A stretch of 64,000 bases of DNA, from the NCBI GenBank assembly GCA_965644295.1, contig CBFFRP010000204.1, forward strand, positions 12,354-76,353, in the 5' to 3' direction. The stretch is from Paraphysomonas bandaiensis (Eukaryota; Protista; Chrysophyceae). The translations under genes and the position numbers were made by a program. The notes below the pieces were generated by a model that did not search any database, was not told the origin of the DNA, and saw only the letters and a list, made by a program, of their open reading frames with translations. Shown in pieces: positions 24,081 to 37,234 of the stretch (its first letter is position 1; every line of letters begins with the position of its first letter).

Positions 24081-26083
24081 TCACCGTCTATCAGAGGTAG
24101 CTGAGGAGAGTATATCACTAATCATAACCTTGGAGAAGTTCGATATCACATTTCCATTGAATTCCTCTCTTTCTTTCTCTTCTCCACAATTGTCCTCAAC
24201 CCTACAAGGGCCCTGACTTCCCTTCGGAACGCTTGAATTTCCTAGTGCTTCCTCCCCATCATCTAGAGGGCTGCAAGGGCATGAGGAATCCAATGATCGG
24301 AACTCCCCCTCTTCAATGTCAATGGGAGACTGTCGGGGTGGGCAGTTTTTGTGATCTTTACCCATCCTCGATTCAGTGTTGGCACTGTTGGGCCGAGATC
24401 TCCTTACATCTCCACCTAGGATGAGTGCGCCATCAATACCCTCAGATGGCAGTGCAGCTGATCCTGTTCGCTCCACTAGTACATCTGACATTGAACTTGA
24501 AATTCCACCTTGATTAGCGTCTGCAATGACGGCGGGGGGCTCAATTGCTCCTCCTGACATGTGAGAGTTCGCACGTGACAGAGCAAGATGAGCCCCATCT
24601 GGTCCTGACGACACCTCATCAGGTACGGTACGGATAGACTTCGGAATATAGGGAGGGGCGAGGGCCATCACTTCCTGAAGCTCGTCCAGAGATGCCGTAC
24701 AGGGGATGCTCTTCGGTGCCCTATGGAGCGCTCCCTTGATCATGGCAGAAAGTGATCGTCGAGCTTGTACAGCGAGAGTTGAACGACCCATTCGAAGCCG
24801 CACAGTCTGATTATTCAAGAGCGGTAAGGGGCCCTGAAGATATACCATTGTACCATTGCTCGACCTCGCGTCTGATACAAAGAATTGCCCATTACGGTAG
24901 CTGAGTTTTGCGTGCACAGTCGAAACCGTGCGATAGTCAAGAACCATGTTGCAGACACTGGAGCGCCCAATGGTCAGCTCTGATGGAATCAGCTCAGGAT
25001 CATCATTTAGTTGCTGTTCACCAACACGATACCCAGGGCCAAAATTAAGCCGAAACTTCGTATTGAAGAGACCAGGAGACGTATCGTGTCGAGTTACAAC
25101 AACAAGTGATATATAAGGCCCCGGGTGATCCACCTCAAGTAGACTAGTCTTCACACCGTTCGAACGAAAGGCACTTTTGTAGGCTGCTCCGCATATTTTG
25201 CATGCTGGGGCCCCATTTCCGGTAGTACGAATTACAAGCGCTCGGGAGCCACAAACAGAACTTTGATACCATTTCTGCAGGCACTGCACGTGTAGGTAAC
25301 GCGTATCACCTTTGCAGTCGCAAGGGGCGACTAGATGGTCCTCAGGGGTATCGTGGGTCTCATAACACATGTAGCAGAAAGGAGCCACGGCATCTCGTTG
25401 TGTGCTCCCACCCTCGTCCCGGCTCCTTTTATCGGAATCTTCCTCCGCAGCCAATGCGGCCTCGTCCTGGTCACCCTCAAATGCCAGTGCCTCTTCTCGC
25501 AAATACTGTAGCCTGTTTGTGTCCAGCCTTTGTTCCACACCTTTGTCAGTCTTCAATTCAGAGACAACTACCCCAACAGACCCAAGACGAAAACAGTCGC
25601 CGAGTTTGATGGGATAAGGTTTACCGGGATTCACACGGTCGCCAATTATAATACAGGTGCCAGAGTGTCTCGAGAATATTTCGGGAGAAGATATGGCGTG
25701 CCAACCGTTAGAATATGTAATCAGTAACTGATGAGCCCGAGAATCGAGGAGAGGAATTTCTTTCGGGTAGAGCTTTGCCTTGGCTAGCTCTACAACATAT
25801 CAGTTAGGCAGAAGCCTCACTCCGAACACATTCTCTTACCTTTCATAATGGCCGGAGAGGCGGAGGAGGCACCGTGGAATATTCCTCCTTTGCCTGTGAC
25901 CACGATATCATTCTGGTGCTCGGGGGTGTATCGAACATTAGCGGTTAACCATGACAACTTTACAGAAACAGATCCAAGATGAGCATATTCATCGTTATCT
26001 TTCACACAATTGTTGGTGTTATTAATATTACTGGGAACAGGTTCCTGTTCCGAGGTGCTGACTAAACTCCTTCCTTGACCCAT
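24081..26083 (-). CDS. FHA + RING-CH (RINGv) + FHA domain protein, putative E3 ligase, N-terminal MG
   Basis: C4HC3 motif CYMC...PCDCKG...HVQC..W...CKIC. FHA motifs TIGRS, VSTVHA, SSNGT. Degenerate first FHA ending IKLGDCFRLG; intron near 25790-25840. Confidence 0.85.
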
Positions 26084-26568
26084 ACTAATACCAACACTAT
26101 CAGATAAACACAAGCCAGACCTCTTGAATAAGCACCCACACTTTATATATAGATAGTGAGGAGGCCAAGCGAGTGCCAATATATGGGAACAGCCCCCCTG
26201 TCAAGATTGAGAGGGAAGGGCAGTCGATGTGAACTCATACAGCACATCAAACATCAGTCGACACCTAAACTGCAAGTACATGTGTACGTATGCCAAAAAA
26301 TATGTACGAACTGAACCGGAACTAAAAATTCTGACCAAATCTTGATACAGTGCTGTACCAGTGTACCATGGTGTACATCAACATATCTTCAACAGGTCAG
26401 GCTGAATACGAATACATGAATACAGTGGTATTCCTGGTATTAGTGGCACGCATGATAATTCTCATAGCTTGCTGTTGTTTCTGCTATTCTGTGCAGAGGG
26501 TGGCCATGTTGAGGGAGGAGCAAGGGCGTAGCTCGAGGACTATATTGAGTAGTAGTATTGTTGTTGAT

Positions 26569-27651
26569 ATGGACCTCAAAGTGACAGATTTTTACCCTTT
26601 TAATGCAGACTTAAGCGGAAAATTTTTGACATGTCTCGACCAGCAGTCTCTGAGTGGGAAATTTGTGTTTAATCTACTCCTGTTGAAATACTTGACAGAG
26701 AAGCGACCCGTACATATAGTGTCCTTTAATTCGTCTCGGAATCATTTCGACTCGATTTTGCGTAAACATGTACAACTTCTGCCTTATGAGTTGACATGAC
26801 TAACACATTTCCTGATATAGAGCTTTGATTGTACCAAATTGGAGCAGGCTGGCTTACTCAAGTTTTACTTTAGTGATTCCAACTGCGCTTCTCTCACGGA
26901 ATCGCTTCAATATGACGAAAATCTGGCTGAACGTGATGTGCCTTATGCTACGGTTTCCTTATCGCACGATTCCTCCATTGAACAGGTGTGTACACCGATA
27001 GTAGTATTATGTTTGCACCGATAATTATATGATATAGGAAAGGCTATTGTGTGTGGTTGATATTCTCAAATCGCTTATTAGCACCCTTAGTACACCAATT
27101 GCTAAGTCTCTTCTTCCTGTTGTCTTGGTAGACGATCTGAACGCTTTCGAAACCTTGTTTTTACATCGCAGCTATATGCGTGGTTCTGACCATATCGAAT
27201 TTGGTCAAAGCTATATTTCTGCCTTGCACACTTTACTCTCTGTGAATAAGGTATATACACTATCATTAAGTCATAATGGTAGTACTTAAATTGGCTTTTA
27301 TTTCCAGATACACTCTCTGGTATGCTATGGCGAAGATTGCAGCGACGATAATACCTTTAAGCCCTATTCACTTATGGAATACTGTAAAGCGAGGTATTTT
27401 ATCTTCATTCTTATATACCTGTAGTATCTTGCTTATCAAGCATGTGGTACTAATGTTGTTAGCTTTCGAGTTTGATATTAATTCTTTCCTGTAGGGCAGA
27501 TGACACAGTAGTTGTGGCCTGTTTAGATTCTGGATTTTCGAGTGAGGTCCATGGGCAATTGGTAATGTCATCTCAACATGGTTTGACTTCTCAGAGGCTA
27601 TTGTTCAAAGCCATGGACACAGGAATTAAGTGCTGTGTTTCACGGATCTAG
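26569..27651 (+). CDS. ELP6: Elongator complex protein 6-like, multi-exon
   Basis: SGKFVFNLLL, VHIVSFNSSRNHFDSILRK, VVLVDDLN and LDSGFSSEVHGQL fit the ELP6 RecA-like fold. GT-AG introns lie between the ORF pieces. Confidence 0.75.
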
Positions 27652-28064
27652 ATAAAGTACTGTATGATATATATACATATGGAGATCACTGGATGAACGT
27701 AATAATATTGATCGTGGTGTTATTCTATGTGCTCTTGTTGTGAAGAGTGAAAAGAGAAAGTGAAATATGCTGCTTTAGGTAATAGGCGAAAGACGAACAT
27801 TTTTATGTCTCTACTAATTAGCTAGGCTGTAGAAAATATGAAACATGTTATTCTCGCACGCAGAATATAGATACTGGTAACACGGTATATACGTGGTATA
27901 CACCTGGTCACCTGGTATACCATACTGTAAACTGGAGTATTGACATAGCATACACAGAAGCGTAGCTGGAGGCAGAATACCTGAGGGGATCATAACCACC
28001 TGTAAAGAACCAGGCTTACGTAAAATGTAAAATTAATAGGCAATTAATTGCTGACACGTGTCGA

Positions 28065-28532
28065 CTCCCTCAATAGCTCAACAGTGGTCGGACACGAACC
28101 GTTTCGTGGTGTTCTTGGGGATAAGTACCGAAGATATCTATCCGGGAAACTAATGCGAGCCTTATATTATATAATCAGCAGATATTGTTCTGCCCTCCCA
28201 TGGTACAATGTACAATGGACACTAATATAAGTGTCACTTGTGTTGACGTCTTTGGGCTTGACGAATAATCAGGCATCCGGGGTATTGGGCTACCTGCTGA
28301 AGTCAAGCACCCGGGCTATTCACCGATTTAAGGTAGCAGGTGTCAGGTGTATCAACATTTTGCTTGCTCATTGCGTTTGCTTTGAGTGACAGAGAAAAAG
28401 TAGTTGCACCTTGGTGCTTGCGGTGACGCACAAGCAGCTTTCGTAGCATTAAGTAGTAGGATATTAGAGTTAAGCACTAAATTAGTTCTGACTCTCCAAC
28501 GCATGTTGCTAATAATAATAGATTTACTACTG
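28065..28532 (+). repeat. Dispersed ~450-bp repeat, copy 1 (probable solo LTR of an unidentified family)
   Basis: Shares GGGGATAAGTACCGAAGATATC with copy 2, and CTGAAGTCAAGCA and CTTGCGGTGACGCACAAGCAGC with copies 2 (35640-36182) and 3 (36280-36697). Confidence 0.75.
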
Positions 28533-28641
28533 GTGTCCAACAACAATAATTGCAATTATTAGCCAAGTATCCAATTGTTGATTATTATTGGCTTAGCTAT
28601 TAATTGGCTATTATTGTAATAACATTCTGAACTATAATAAT

Positions 28642-28885
28642 TATTATGATTCAGCTTAATACAAGATTGTATCTGTGAGTTATAATGTTCTATGAAATAT
28701 ATTATCAACTGAATTAGAGAGAGTATGATCATCATAGTGACCGTCATTATCAGTTATAATTCTAACTATTCCGTTGTGCACGATAGTTATGTTTTATATT
28801 GTTATTCATAATTCTCACTCTATCGTCACTTTCCACTCTAATAATCACAACATTGTTATACTATTACTAAGATCAACTCTTTATT
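28642..28885 (+). repeat. Solo LTR of the Copia family found at 16.5 kb and 45.4 kb
   Basis: Reverse-complement match to 16476-16738 and 45349-45660. ATAAT flanks both sides. Confidence 0.85.
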
Positions 28886-29329
28886 ATAATTAAATTTTAT
28901 CGCTTTTAAAACGAATTAATTTAATTGTTACGCAAGCCGACTAGGAATAGTGCTAATGAAGGTGTAGTCGTCATATACATCATTGCTGCTCCAGCGGTGT
29001 TAACTTATAAACCATACTTCCAAGTTATATGCAAAAATATCGAAAATAGTGATAAAACCAATGCAAATTTATATTATGAGAAATCGTTTCCATCCATTGC
29101 GATTGTAGTACATACTTCAGACTTATACTGAGATGCAAGAGTATTTTTGTAATAATGTTTTTTGGGTAATAAGTGATTGTTATGAGAAATACAATCTTGG
29201 CGTACATCATGCTTGATATATATATAGTGTCTTGTACAGGGGATCTGTTGAGTGTTAAAAAAATCTGGCTTGTAAGCAAATTCAGTATATTCATTCAGAG
29301 TCAAGTTGTGAAAATACTCAGTTTGGAAC

Positions 29330-29460
29330 CTAAGTTTGTACCACAGCATAAGTCTAACAACAAATTCAACTTTGTGATTTTAAGGTTACTGAGATTTTTA
29401 CCGATGTTGACTGGGCTGGTGAGATTATAACTCGAAGGTCAACAATGGGGCACATATAAG
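29330..29460 (+). mobile_element. Copia RNase H fragment
   Basis: FTDVDWAGEIITRRSTMG. Confidence 0.65.
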
Positions 29461-30369
29461 CTGCACGGTTAACATCATCAACGAAACGTGAGGATGTCGG
29501 AAATGTGCTCTATTCCTCATGGATAGACAGAGTACAAGGTATAATAAAGCACTTAGCGGACAGTATAATATATTATGGTATTATATCTAATTTAAAAGCT
29601 AGTAGGTACTAATGGTCATTATAATTGCCATTATAACTGGACTACCATTAATGGGCCATTAATGGTTATCAGGCCCTGCGGTAGATGGTAGATACGGAGA
29701 GACCGTTCAAAACCTCCTGAAGTGATATACCTGGTTTTAAAGAGGAACCTCTAAGAAGGATTGAAATAATCATATATATGTTTATCGATTTTCCAGTTTG
29801 TGTTTTCGTGGTTGTGCATCTGGTAGTTTTGCCTCGTTATTATACGGAATCAGATGAGAGCAAATAGAAGCTGTAATATAGTAGTTATGTATTTATAAAC
29901 AGTATGCATGATAGTGATTAAGTGTTATGAATATGTACTAGGTAAACTGCAATATAGTGACTGCATAAGACCTTCACAATGTAGAATTGTAACTGAAGCC
30001 ATTATGATATGAAGCAAGTTGCAATTAAAGATGAGAAATCGTTATAACAATGTTAATTGAGTGTTGTTCTTACTGTGTTCAGTTAACTTCTTTATGTACT
30101 GCAAACCAAGCTTAATGTTAAGGTTGTGAGATATTACGACAGTAATATATATGTCCATGAATATTGTTATACATATTAGAGCTTCAGTTTCGTAAATGAT
30201 AACATGAGTACATGCATTCTCAACACCCAGGCCGCATAGAAAAGTTTAACGCCGAGTAGTTTAGATTCGTTTACATTAGACCAGTAATTACACTCGATTA
30301 TTCATAACCCCACATCGCGCTTCTCCATATTACTAGCATTGTGTCTATATATCCACCCATGTGTCTACA

Positions 30370-33300
30370 CTAAAGTTCATCATCATGAATGGTATCGAAA
30401 CCGTCATCCTTTATGTCCTCATTAAATTCACTCTCTGTTGCATTGCCATCATTGACAGGATCCATGTTCTCATTCTGATCACCTTGTTCGACAGTAGTGG
30501 TATTAGTTTCATTGAGAGAAGCAGTGACGTTAACCTATCACAAACTGTTATCGTATGGATAGCGAAGATGCAAGCACTTAATCACAATTATCTACAGCAC
30601 CTTTGGAGGAACCGGTTTCGGCTTCTTCAGCAACTTCTCGAATTGCAGAGTCAATGGTTTCATCTGAGCAGTTACATCCGCCGAACTGAAAGCTGGAGTT
30701 TCGTGTGATGATAATTCAAGCTGGGCTTTTTCATTATCGTCCAGCCACGTCTCAACTTTTCCAACGGTATTCAGTAATTTTTCTTTTTCCTCTTCAGTAA
30801 CATGTGGTAGACTCTCAGACCACTCCGCTACTACCTTTCTCACAGTTGCAAGCTGTGTGCGAGCCTTGCGAACAGCCTCTGGTCTAGCTTTGTGCTCCTT
30901 AAACCGCTAGAAATACGGGTTAGCCTAACGAAGAAACGACCTGATAAACATACGGATTACCTTGAACACTGCGTCTGCTTTAACTTTAATAGCGTTCTGT
31001 CTCGCTTTGTATACAGAAACGTCTTGATCACGGCCATCACCATAGAGCCAATCCTCAACATCATCGCACATAGCGATAATATCTTCTCGTTGCTCAGCAG
31101 TAGAAACAGCACCAAGCTTGTCATCTCCATCTTCTTCTCGAAAGCGTCCACGGATCTTATACACAAACGCCTCGAGGTCGTTCAAAGCAGCGGCCTTGGC
31201 AAGTCTTAGCTCATCGGCTGCATTCAAGTCTTCTAAACGTCTTCTGGCATCGGCTAAGAGCTTTGATGACCACATTGCCGGACGAAGAGCGCCAGTGTTC
31301 GCATCAATGGTGAGGACTTGACGAAGAGTGTTATCCTTTTTCGATTTTTTCGACTTTTTGTTCTTGGTTGACTTGTCATCTGAACTCTCTTTTGGCGTCG
31401 GTTCTTCGACTTTAGTATCATGTGCCGCCTCATCGAGAGGGACACTTTCAGCAGAAGACTCGTTGCTCTGGGTTTCAGCAACACTTTCCTCTTCTGTGGT
31501 GGATGCGCTTTCTTCCGTCTCTGCCGGTAACTCCAAAGTGGCTTCTGCTTTGGACAAATACACCATTCCACTTGCATCCAGAGTAAAGCTTAAATGAACC
31601 TTTGGTGTCCCTAAGCCACGCTCCGATGCCATTTTTGCAAAATTTGAAACCCCAGTGACATTGTACAAGGCAATCATGTGATCAGTGCCCTCCGGTAATG
31701 GATTGCTGTCATCACGATCATACTCAACTTTGCAAAGAATGTCCTGGTCATGGTGAAACGCAACAGTCTTCGTTTTTGAAGGAACTGCTGACCCTGCAGG
31801 ATACAGTGCCGTGTGTTTAGCCCATGCCTCATCATTAGCCGCATTATCGGCGGTATTCGTTTTACCAACAAGCCATCCAAACACACCACCATCAGAGGCG
31901 GTTGGAAGTGACTCCAAATTGATAGACACACCGAACTTCGAAATGTCTGACATACCAATCTGAATATTACGAATTAGCATTCACAAGAATACGAACGATA
32001 AACTATGCACATCTTAACAAACTGTTCATAAAACAACAATAGATTGTAGTTCTTACCTTTCGAACCCTAAAGGCGGTGCTGATATTCGCTGCTCTGAATG
32101 CTGCACCCAAAGCCATAGCTTCATCCCCGTTGAGATGGGCACCAAGCTCAAGATCACCAGCTCTGAAGTACGCCTCAAGGTTTTGCTTTACCTAATGAAA
32201 GGCCACGAGTTAGCTTTTGAGCATTCAAATCAAACAACAGCATTTCTACCTTAGGCATGCGAACTCCACCACCAATTAATTCAACCGCATTAATATCCTT
32301 TAAGGTCATTCCGGCCATCGCAAGCGCTTCGTCAATAGGGTGCGTGACGCGATCAAAAAGATTACCACATGCTTCCTCAAACTCTGACCGGGTAATCTGC
32401 GACACCATTACAAGCATAGAATATAATACACTATTTTAAGCTCACTTTAGTATGTAAATCCACATCTGCGTGCAGCTGCTCCACTTTGTAAGGAAATTCA
32501 TTATTTGCTGACAACACTTCTCTGATCTTCATCGCCTCCATACGCAAGCGAGTCATAGGTCTCACATGGTCACGAATATCCTGTCCCTTCCCTGACTTCT
32601 TTTTATGCCAATTAGCATTGAATCGGTCAGCAAGAATTTCCGCAATAACCACATCAAAATTAACGCCCCCTAACTGGGTATCCCATGCCTTACCAATAAC
32701 TTGAAATTGACCAACTGTCTTGTTCTTACCGCCTTCCTTTGTCTCATATGAACTGTATGTTACAATTGATACCTATAAAATATATTAAGTATTACATCAG
32801 CGACAATTTGGCACGATAACATACTTGAACCATACTGGCACCCATGTTGTAAAATAAAACCGTGTGAGAATCATCAAATACTCTGTCTATTCCGAAGTGC
32901 AAAGCTGCAGCAGTATTTTCCTCCATCAGCGACAGAACATTAAGATCGGCGATATCAGCTGCTGCATACATTGCAGCTCTCTCGTGCTGAGTGAAGCTGG
33001 AAGGCACTGTTAGCACGCAATCCTTAACATTTTTCCCGCCATATTGCTTAGTCATTTCTTTGGCGTGCATCATCATCATAGCCAGTAGTTCCTCTGGGGT
33101 GAAGTATGACTCTCCAAACTTGATGCTGAGACAGAAATAGAGTTATGCAAACGCAAAAAAAACTAAACTACACAAATACCTTGTTAACCCCGTGGTTTCG
33201 TTTGCATAAACAACGTACGGGAAGTACTGCTTCTGTAAGGATGCTACAAGTGGGCTGTCATGGCTTTGACCCAATATTCGATGAAACTTGGTAAAAGTTA

Positions 33301-33592
33301 ATTCCGGCTTTCGTGCCATTAACGCGTAGGAGTCTGCACCAAAGGAGCGCTCCCCATTATAAAAAGTAATGGAATTGGGTGTCCGGCGTTTCGATTGAGA
33401 ATTTGTCACTGCACATATGTACCGTTAGTCTCAGAATGAATCTATCAGATCAATATATTAACGACCTATGTCAAATTTTCCAGGAGACACCAATCCCACT
33501 TTCATATTATCACTTCCGAAATCAATGCCAATTACGTTGGCTGTTGCAGTAGCAACAAGAAGAAGATGAGGAAGAATGCGAAGTGCCATCAT
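30370..33592 (-). CDS. HYOU1: ER Hsp70-family nucleotide exchange factor (GRP170/HYOU1/Lhs1), multi-exon
   Basis: Signal peptide, VIGIDFGS, SKRRTP, CVLTVP, FYNMGAS, ELIGGGVRMPKV, HLNGDEAMALGA, NDLEAFVY, EDWLYGDG and C-terminal ER retention signal HDDEL. Confidence 0.93.
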
Positions 33593-34242
33593 TTCACTGC
33601 AGTCAAAGTGCTAGTGTCAGAGTGTTCGATATCACCGCAATCAATTCTATGGACCCTACACAATATTAGGTGTGTAAAGGAATAATGTATGCAGGTGTGT
33701 TGCACAATGGTTGAAACTGAGGTGTGTTCTATGTGTGCATAAATAGTGCCTAAATTCCGCAGCCACACATCCTGTGCCTATATTTGCTTAGCAGTCATCT
33801 TTACGTAAAACTATATAAGAAGTCACACGTAAAAAAACAAATTCTTTCGAAATATATTTCTGGAATTTTACACGTGTCACCAACATACGGTTTATAGTGT
33901 TAACAGAAAACGCGGTTACAGGTCAATTTTTTGACAGAAAGCTACAGGATTGAAAAACTACACATTTCGAAATATTACATTGCTAAATCTGGGAATTATT
34001 TTATAGGAAGATATACAGAAAAACTGAACCTGTAACTTAAAATACAGAGATGATGTTTTTTGCACCACTGCTTTTTTTGGTTCAGCAGTATACCCTGTAG
34101 TTCCGATATGTATACGTATGATCAAAATGATACCAGTGCAGCAGTACATAACTGTATAACTGTATGGAGATTTTTATAGTGGGATTCGATTCACTCAACA
34201 ACTCAACAACATTAAATAGAAGAAAGGGGTTGAGTTTACACG

Positions 34243-34986
34243 ATGCTCCGTTGTACGAGTGCAAAGTGCTTACGTTTTTCTATTGTTTTTCTCTCATATA
34301 TAGTGAGAGTGTGTGATGCGTCAACGGTTTCCCTGGATTGGGGACTTGGAGTAGGGGACCAAGGCACAACCGTAGTGTCTACTGGAGATTTTGTTCAGTG
34401 GGTCTGGGTGGACAGTGGAATCCCACACAGCATTTTCGCAGTAAATGGGGATTTTTCAAACTCAGATGTGAGCAGTACGAAAGGTTTCACGCATACTGTC
34501 CAGTTCCACACGGTTGGTACATATAACTATATATGTGCTGTTCATGGAACAGCAATGAAGGGAATCATTTCAGTGGTCGCGAGCACATCATCCGCTTCAC
34601 CCAGCATGTCCCCGACATTTTTTCCAACTGTGAGTCCGACTAAGAAGCCAACGCGCAGCCCCACTGTTAGCCCAACCATGATGCCGACTTCACATGACTC
34701 ACAATTCCCATCATCGCGGCCAACCTTTTCTCCAACTGCGATGCCTACTAGGATTCCCACCCGGCTACCAACGAAATTACCTAGTGTATCACCAACTTTC
34801 TCACCTACTTTGAAACCTACAACTTTGCCAACTAAGGTACCGACAAATGCTCCAATATCGACGCCAACAAAGGCGCCAACGAAAGAACCTACGAAGACTC
34901 CGACATCAGTGAAGCCCACTTTGTCGCCTACTCCAATCCCAGAGAAATTGTGTAAATGCAACAGTGTTCATCGCTCTTATCGCTAA
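34243..34986 (+). CDS. Secreted cupredoxin (plastocyanin-like) with Pro/Thr mucin-like stalk
   Basis: Signal peptide; type-1 copper ligands PHS...YICAVHGTAMKG; SPT/APT repeats. A short spliced last exon to about 35148 is possible. Confidence 0.8.
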   Translation: MLRCTSAKCLRFSIVFLSYIVRVCDASTVSLDWGLGVGDQGTTVVSTGDFVQWVWVDSGIPHSIFAVNGDFSNSDVSSTKGFTHTVQFHTVGTYNYICAVHGTAMKGIISVVASTSSASPSMSPTFFPTVSPTKKPTRSPTVSPTMMPTSHDSQFPSSRPTFSPTAMPTRIPTRLPTKLPSVSPTFSPTLKPTTLPTKVPTNAPISTPTKAPTKEPTKTPTSVKPTLSPTPIPEKLCKCNSVHRSYR

Positions 34987-35639
34987 TATGTCGGTAGCTT
35001 ATGCGACGACATCTGTATTTACTTATTTATGAAAAGCATTCGTATGTTGTGGTCATGCATCTTCTCTTCCTTCTATATATCAATGGGTCGAAGTGCTGAT
35101 TCAATAAATGATACTGCATGTGCGGTCCTCACGCTGTACGTTTTCTGATTTATGTCCCTGCATTGTGGAGTTAATAATTATACTTATTTCTTAAATATGT
35201 GAAAGGATGTCAAGTTTATGTCTTGCTTTTGTGGAATAAAGAATTACAGATGCTCAACAATAGATGAAAATTGGACATTGTTTTATGCTTATTTTGTGAT
35301 TGGTAGAACCAAGTGATTAGTTAAGTCAATAATGAACATAATACTAAACACCCATAGTTTAGTAAAAAATTGACAAAAACACAAAATCGATAGCGTGAAG
35401 TGGTTATTCCTTAAAAAAATGTACTATTCAATCTTCAAGAGTGCGTAAATAGAACAAAAGCATAACAATCAGGCTTGCGTAACAGTTAAGAAATTTTCAA
35501 TTTATTGGCAATAATTGCCAATCATTGGATTGTGAATTAAATTAATTGCTTTTAGAAGTGATAATTTCAATTATTTTTATTGGTAAATGTTGCCAACTAA
35601 TTACCAATTAATCGCAAGTAATTGACTGACTTAATTATA

Positions 35640-36182
35640 TATACCATCTTCTCTCAGCAAAGTCCGGACTCGCACCGCTTCGTGGTGTTCTTCGGTTCTT
35701 GGGGATAAGTACCGAAGATATCTCCGGGAAACTAACGTAGGCCGTATATTATATATAGTCAGCAGGTATTGTTCTGCACACCCATGGTACAATGTACAAT
35801 GGACACTAATATAAGTGTCACTTGTGTTGACGTCTTTGGGCTTGACCAATAAACAGGCATCCGGGATATAGGGCTGCCTTCTGAAGTCAAGCATCCGAGA
35901 ATGAGAATGAGAGAGAATGAGACCACCTCAAGGGCAACGGGGGTATTGGGCTGCCTACTGCCTCTACAAACAGTCGGGCTAATTCACCTAAGGTTAAGGA
36001 CAGAGGTCAAAAGTGGTTGCACCTTCTTGGTGCTCTTGCGGTGACGCACAAGCAGCTTTCGTAGCGTTAAGTAGTAGGATATTAGAGCTAAGCACTATTT
36101 AGTTAAATGTTTTGCTACATTAATTAGTTAAATTCTAAACCTTATACGCCTATTATTGCTAATAATAAGACATTCACTACTG
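35640..36182 (+). repeat. Dispersed ~450-bp repeat, copy 2
   Basis: Homologous to 28065-28532, with a short internal duplication around 35860-35960. Confidence 0.75.
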
Positions 36183-36279
36183 ATCATAGAGGTACAAACT
36201 CATTATCTACTAGCATAGAGGCTTGGATGTAGGTGCACAATCACTTTATTATTATTATTTATTTTTCTAGTCGTAATTG

Positions 36280-36697
36280 TACCTATCTACAATATACTCC
36301 CTCAACAAAGTCGGACTTGCACTTTTTCGTAGTAAGTACTGAAAAGATTTCTTCGGGAAACAAACCTGAGTCACATATTATATAGTCAGCAGATAACATT
36401 TGTGTAGACGAACAAACAGGCAACCAGGAATGTGCCCACCTGAAGGGCATCTGGGGTATTGGGCTACCTTCTGAAGTCAAGCATCCGGGCTGTCCACCTA
36501 CTGAAGTTAGCAGATGTCAGGTGTATCAACATTTTGCTTGCTCACTGCGTTTGCTTTTTGAGTGATAGAGAAAAAGTAGTTGCACCTTGGTGCTTGCGGT
36601 GACGCACAAGCAGCTTTTGTAGCGTTAAGTAGTAGGATATTAGAGTTAAGCACTGACTCTTAAACGCCTATTGCTAGAAATAAGACACTCACTACTA
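36280..36697 (+). repeat. Dispersed ~450-bp repeat, copy 3
   Basis: Its 3' half is near-identical to 28280-28500. Confidence 0.75.
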
Positions 36698-37234
36698 TCT
36701 GCAATAATAAAAGGATAACTTCAGTGATACGTACGTAAAAACTTAACAAAGCATATATAATAAATTAAAAGTTAGTGCTTATATCTAATATGTAGAATAG
36801 GGGTGGGCCCGCATTAATACCAATCCCGACAGGGGAGGAAATCCGCTATTGGTCATCTTATCTACCACAATCCACAAGTACTTTGCCTCTAGAGTTCATA
36901 GTTCATATAAAGGTGCACACCTTGTCGCATCATAATGTTTATAGAGAAGTCATAGCTCTAACAAGATCTATACGACTCTAGCTGCAGTGATCTACTCTTT
37001 TTATAACAGATCTCTTTCGATTCGACATAAATAAGTACATTTATATTTTGATACTTCCAACAACACAGTTTTGCACATTACAAACCTACATTACTAGAAG
37101 GTGTTAGGTCTACACAATCAAGTCAAACGAAAGTAACACTTCACAAATAGGCGTCGATGAAGCCTCTTACATACTCTCAGTGTACTAAATACCAGAATTT
37201 GACATATCTCCATATAATACTCACACTAGACACT

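Larger units (their letters stand above)
28011..28939. mobile_element. Non-autonomous hAT-like element carrying nested repeats
   Basis: Imperfect TIRs CAGGCTTACGTAA / TTACGCAAGCC. A related end occurs at 35470 (CAGGCTTGCGTAAC). No TSD seen. Confidence 0.4.

Noticed and set aside
28255-28345. Hammerhead or HDV-like ribozyme in the 450-bp repeat
   Set aside because: Stems are present, but I could not place a CUGANGA/GAAA core or a nested double pseudoknot.
34542-34961. Antisense VG-repeat ORF
   Set aside because: Shadow of the PT-repeat coding strand.
36791-37090. TGTAG...CTACA solo-LTR candidate
   Set aside because: No TSD and no second copy; could be chance.
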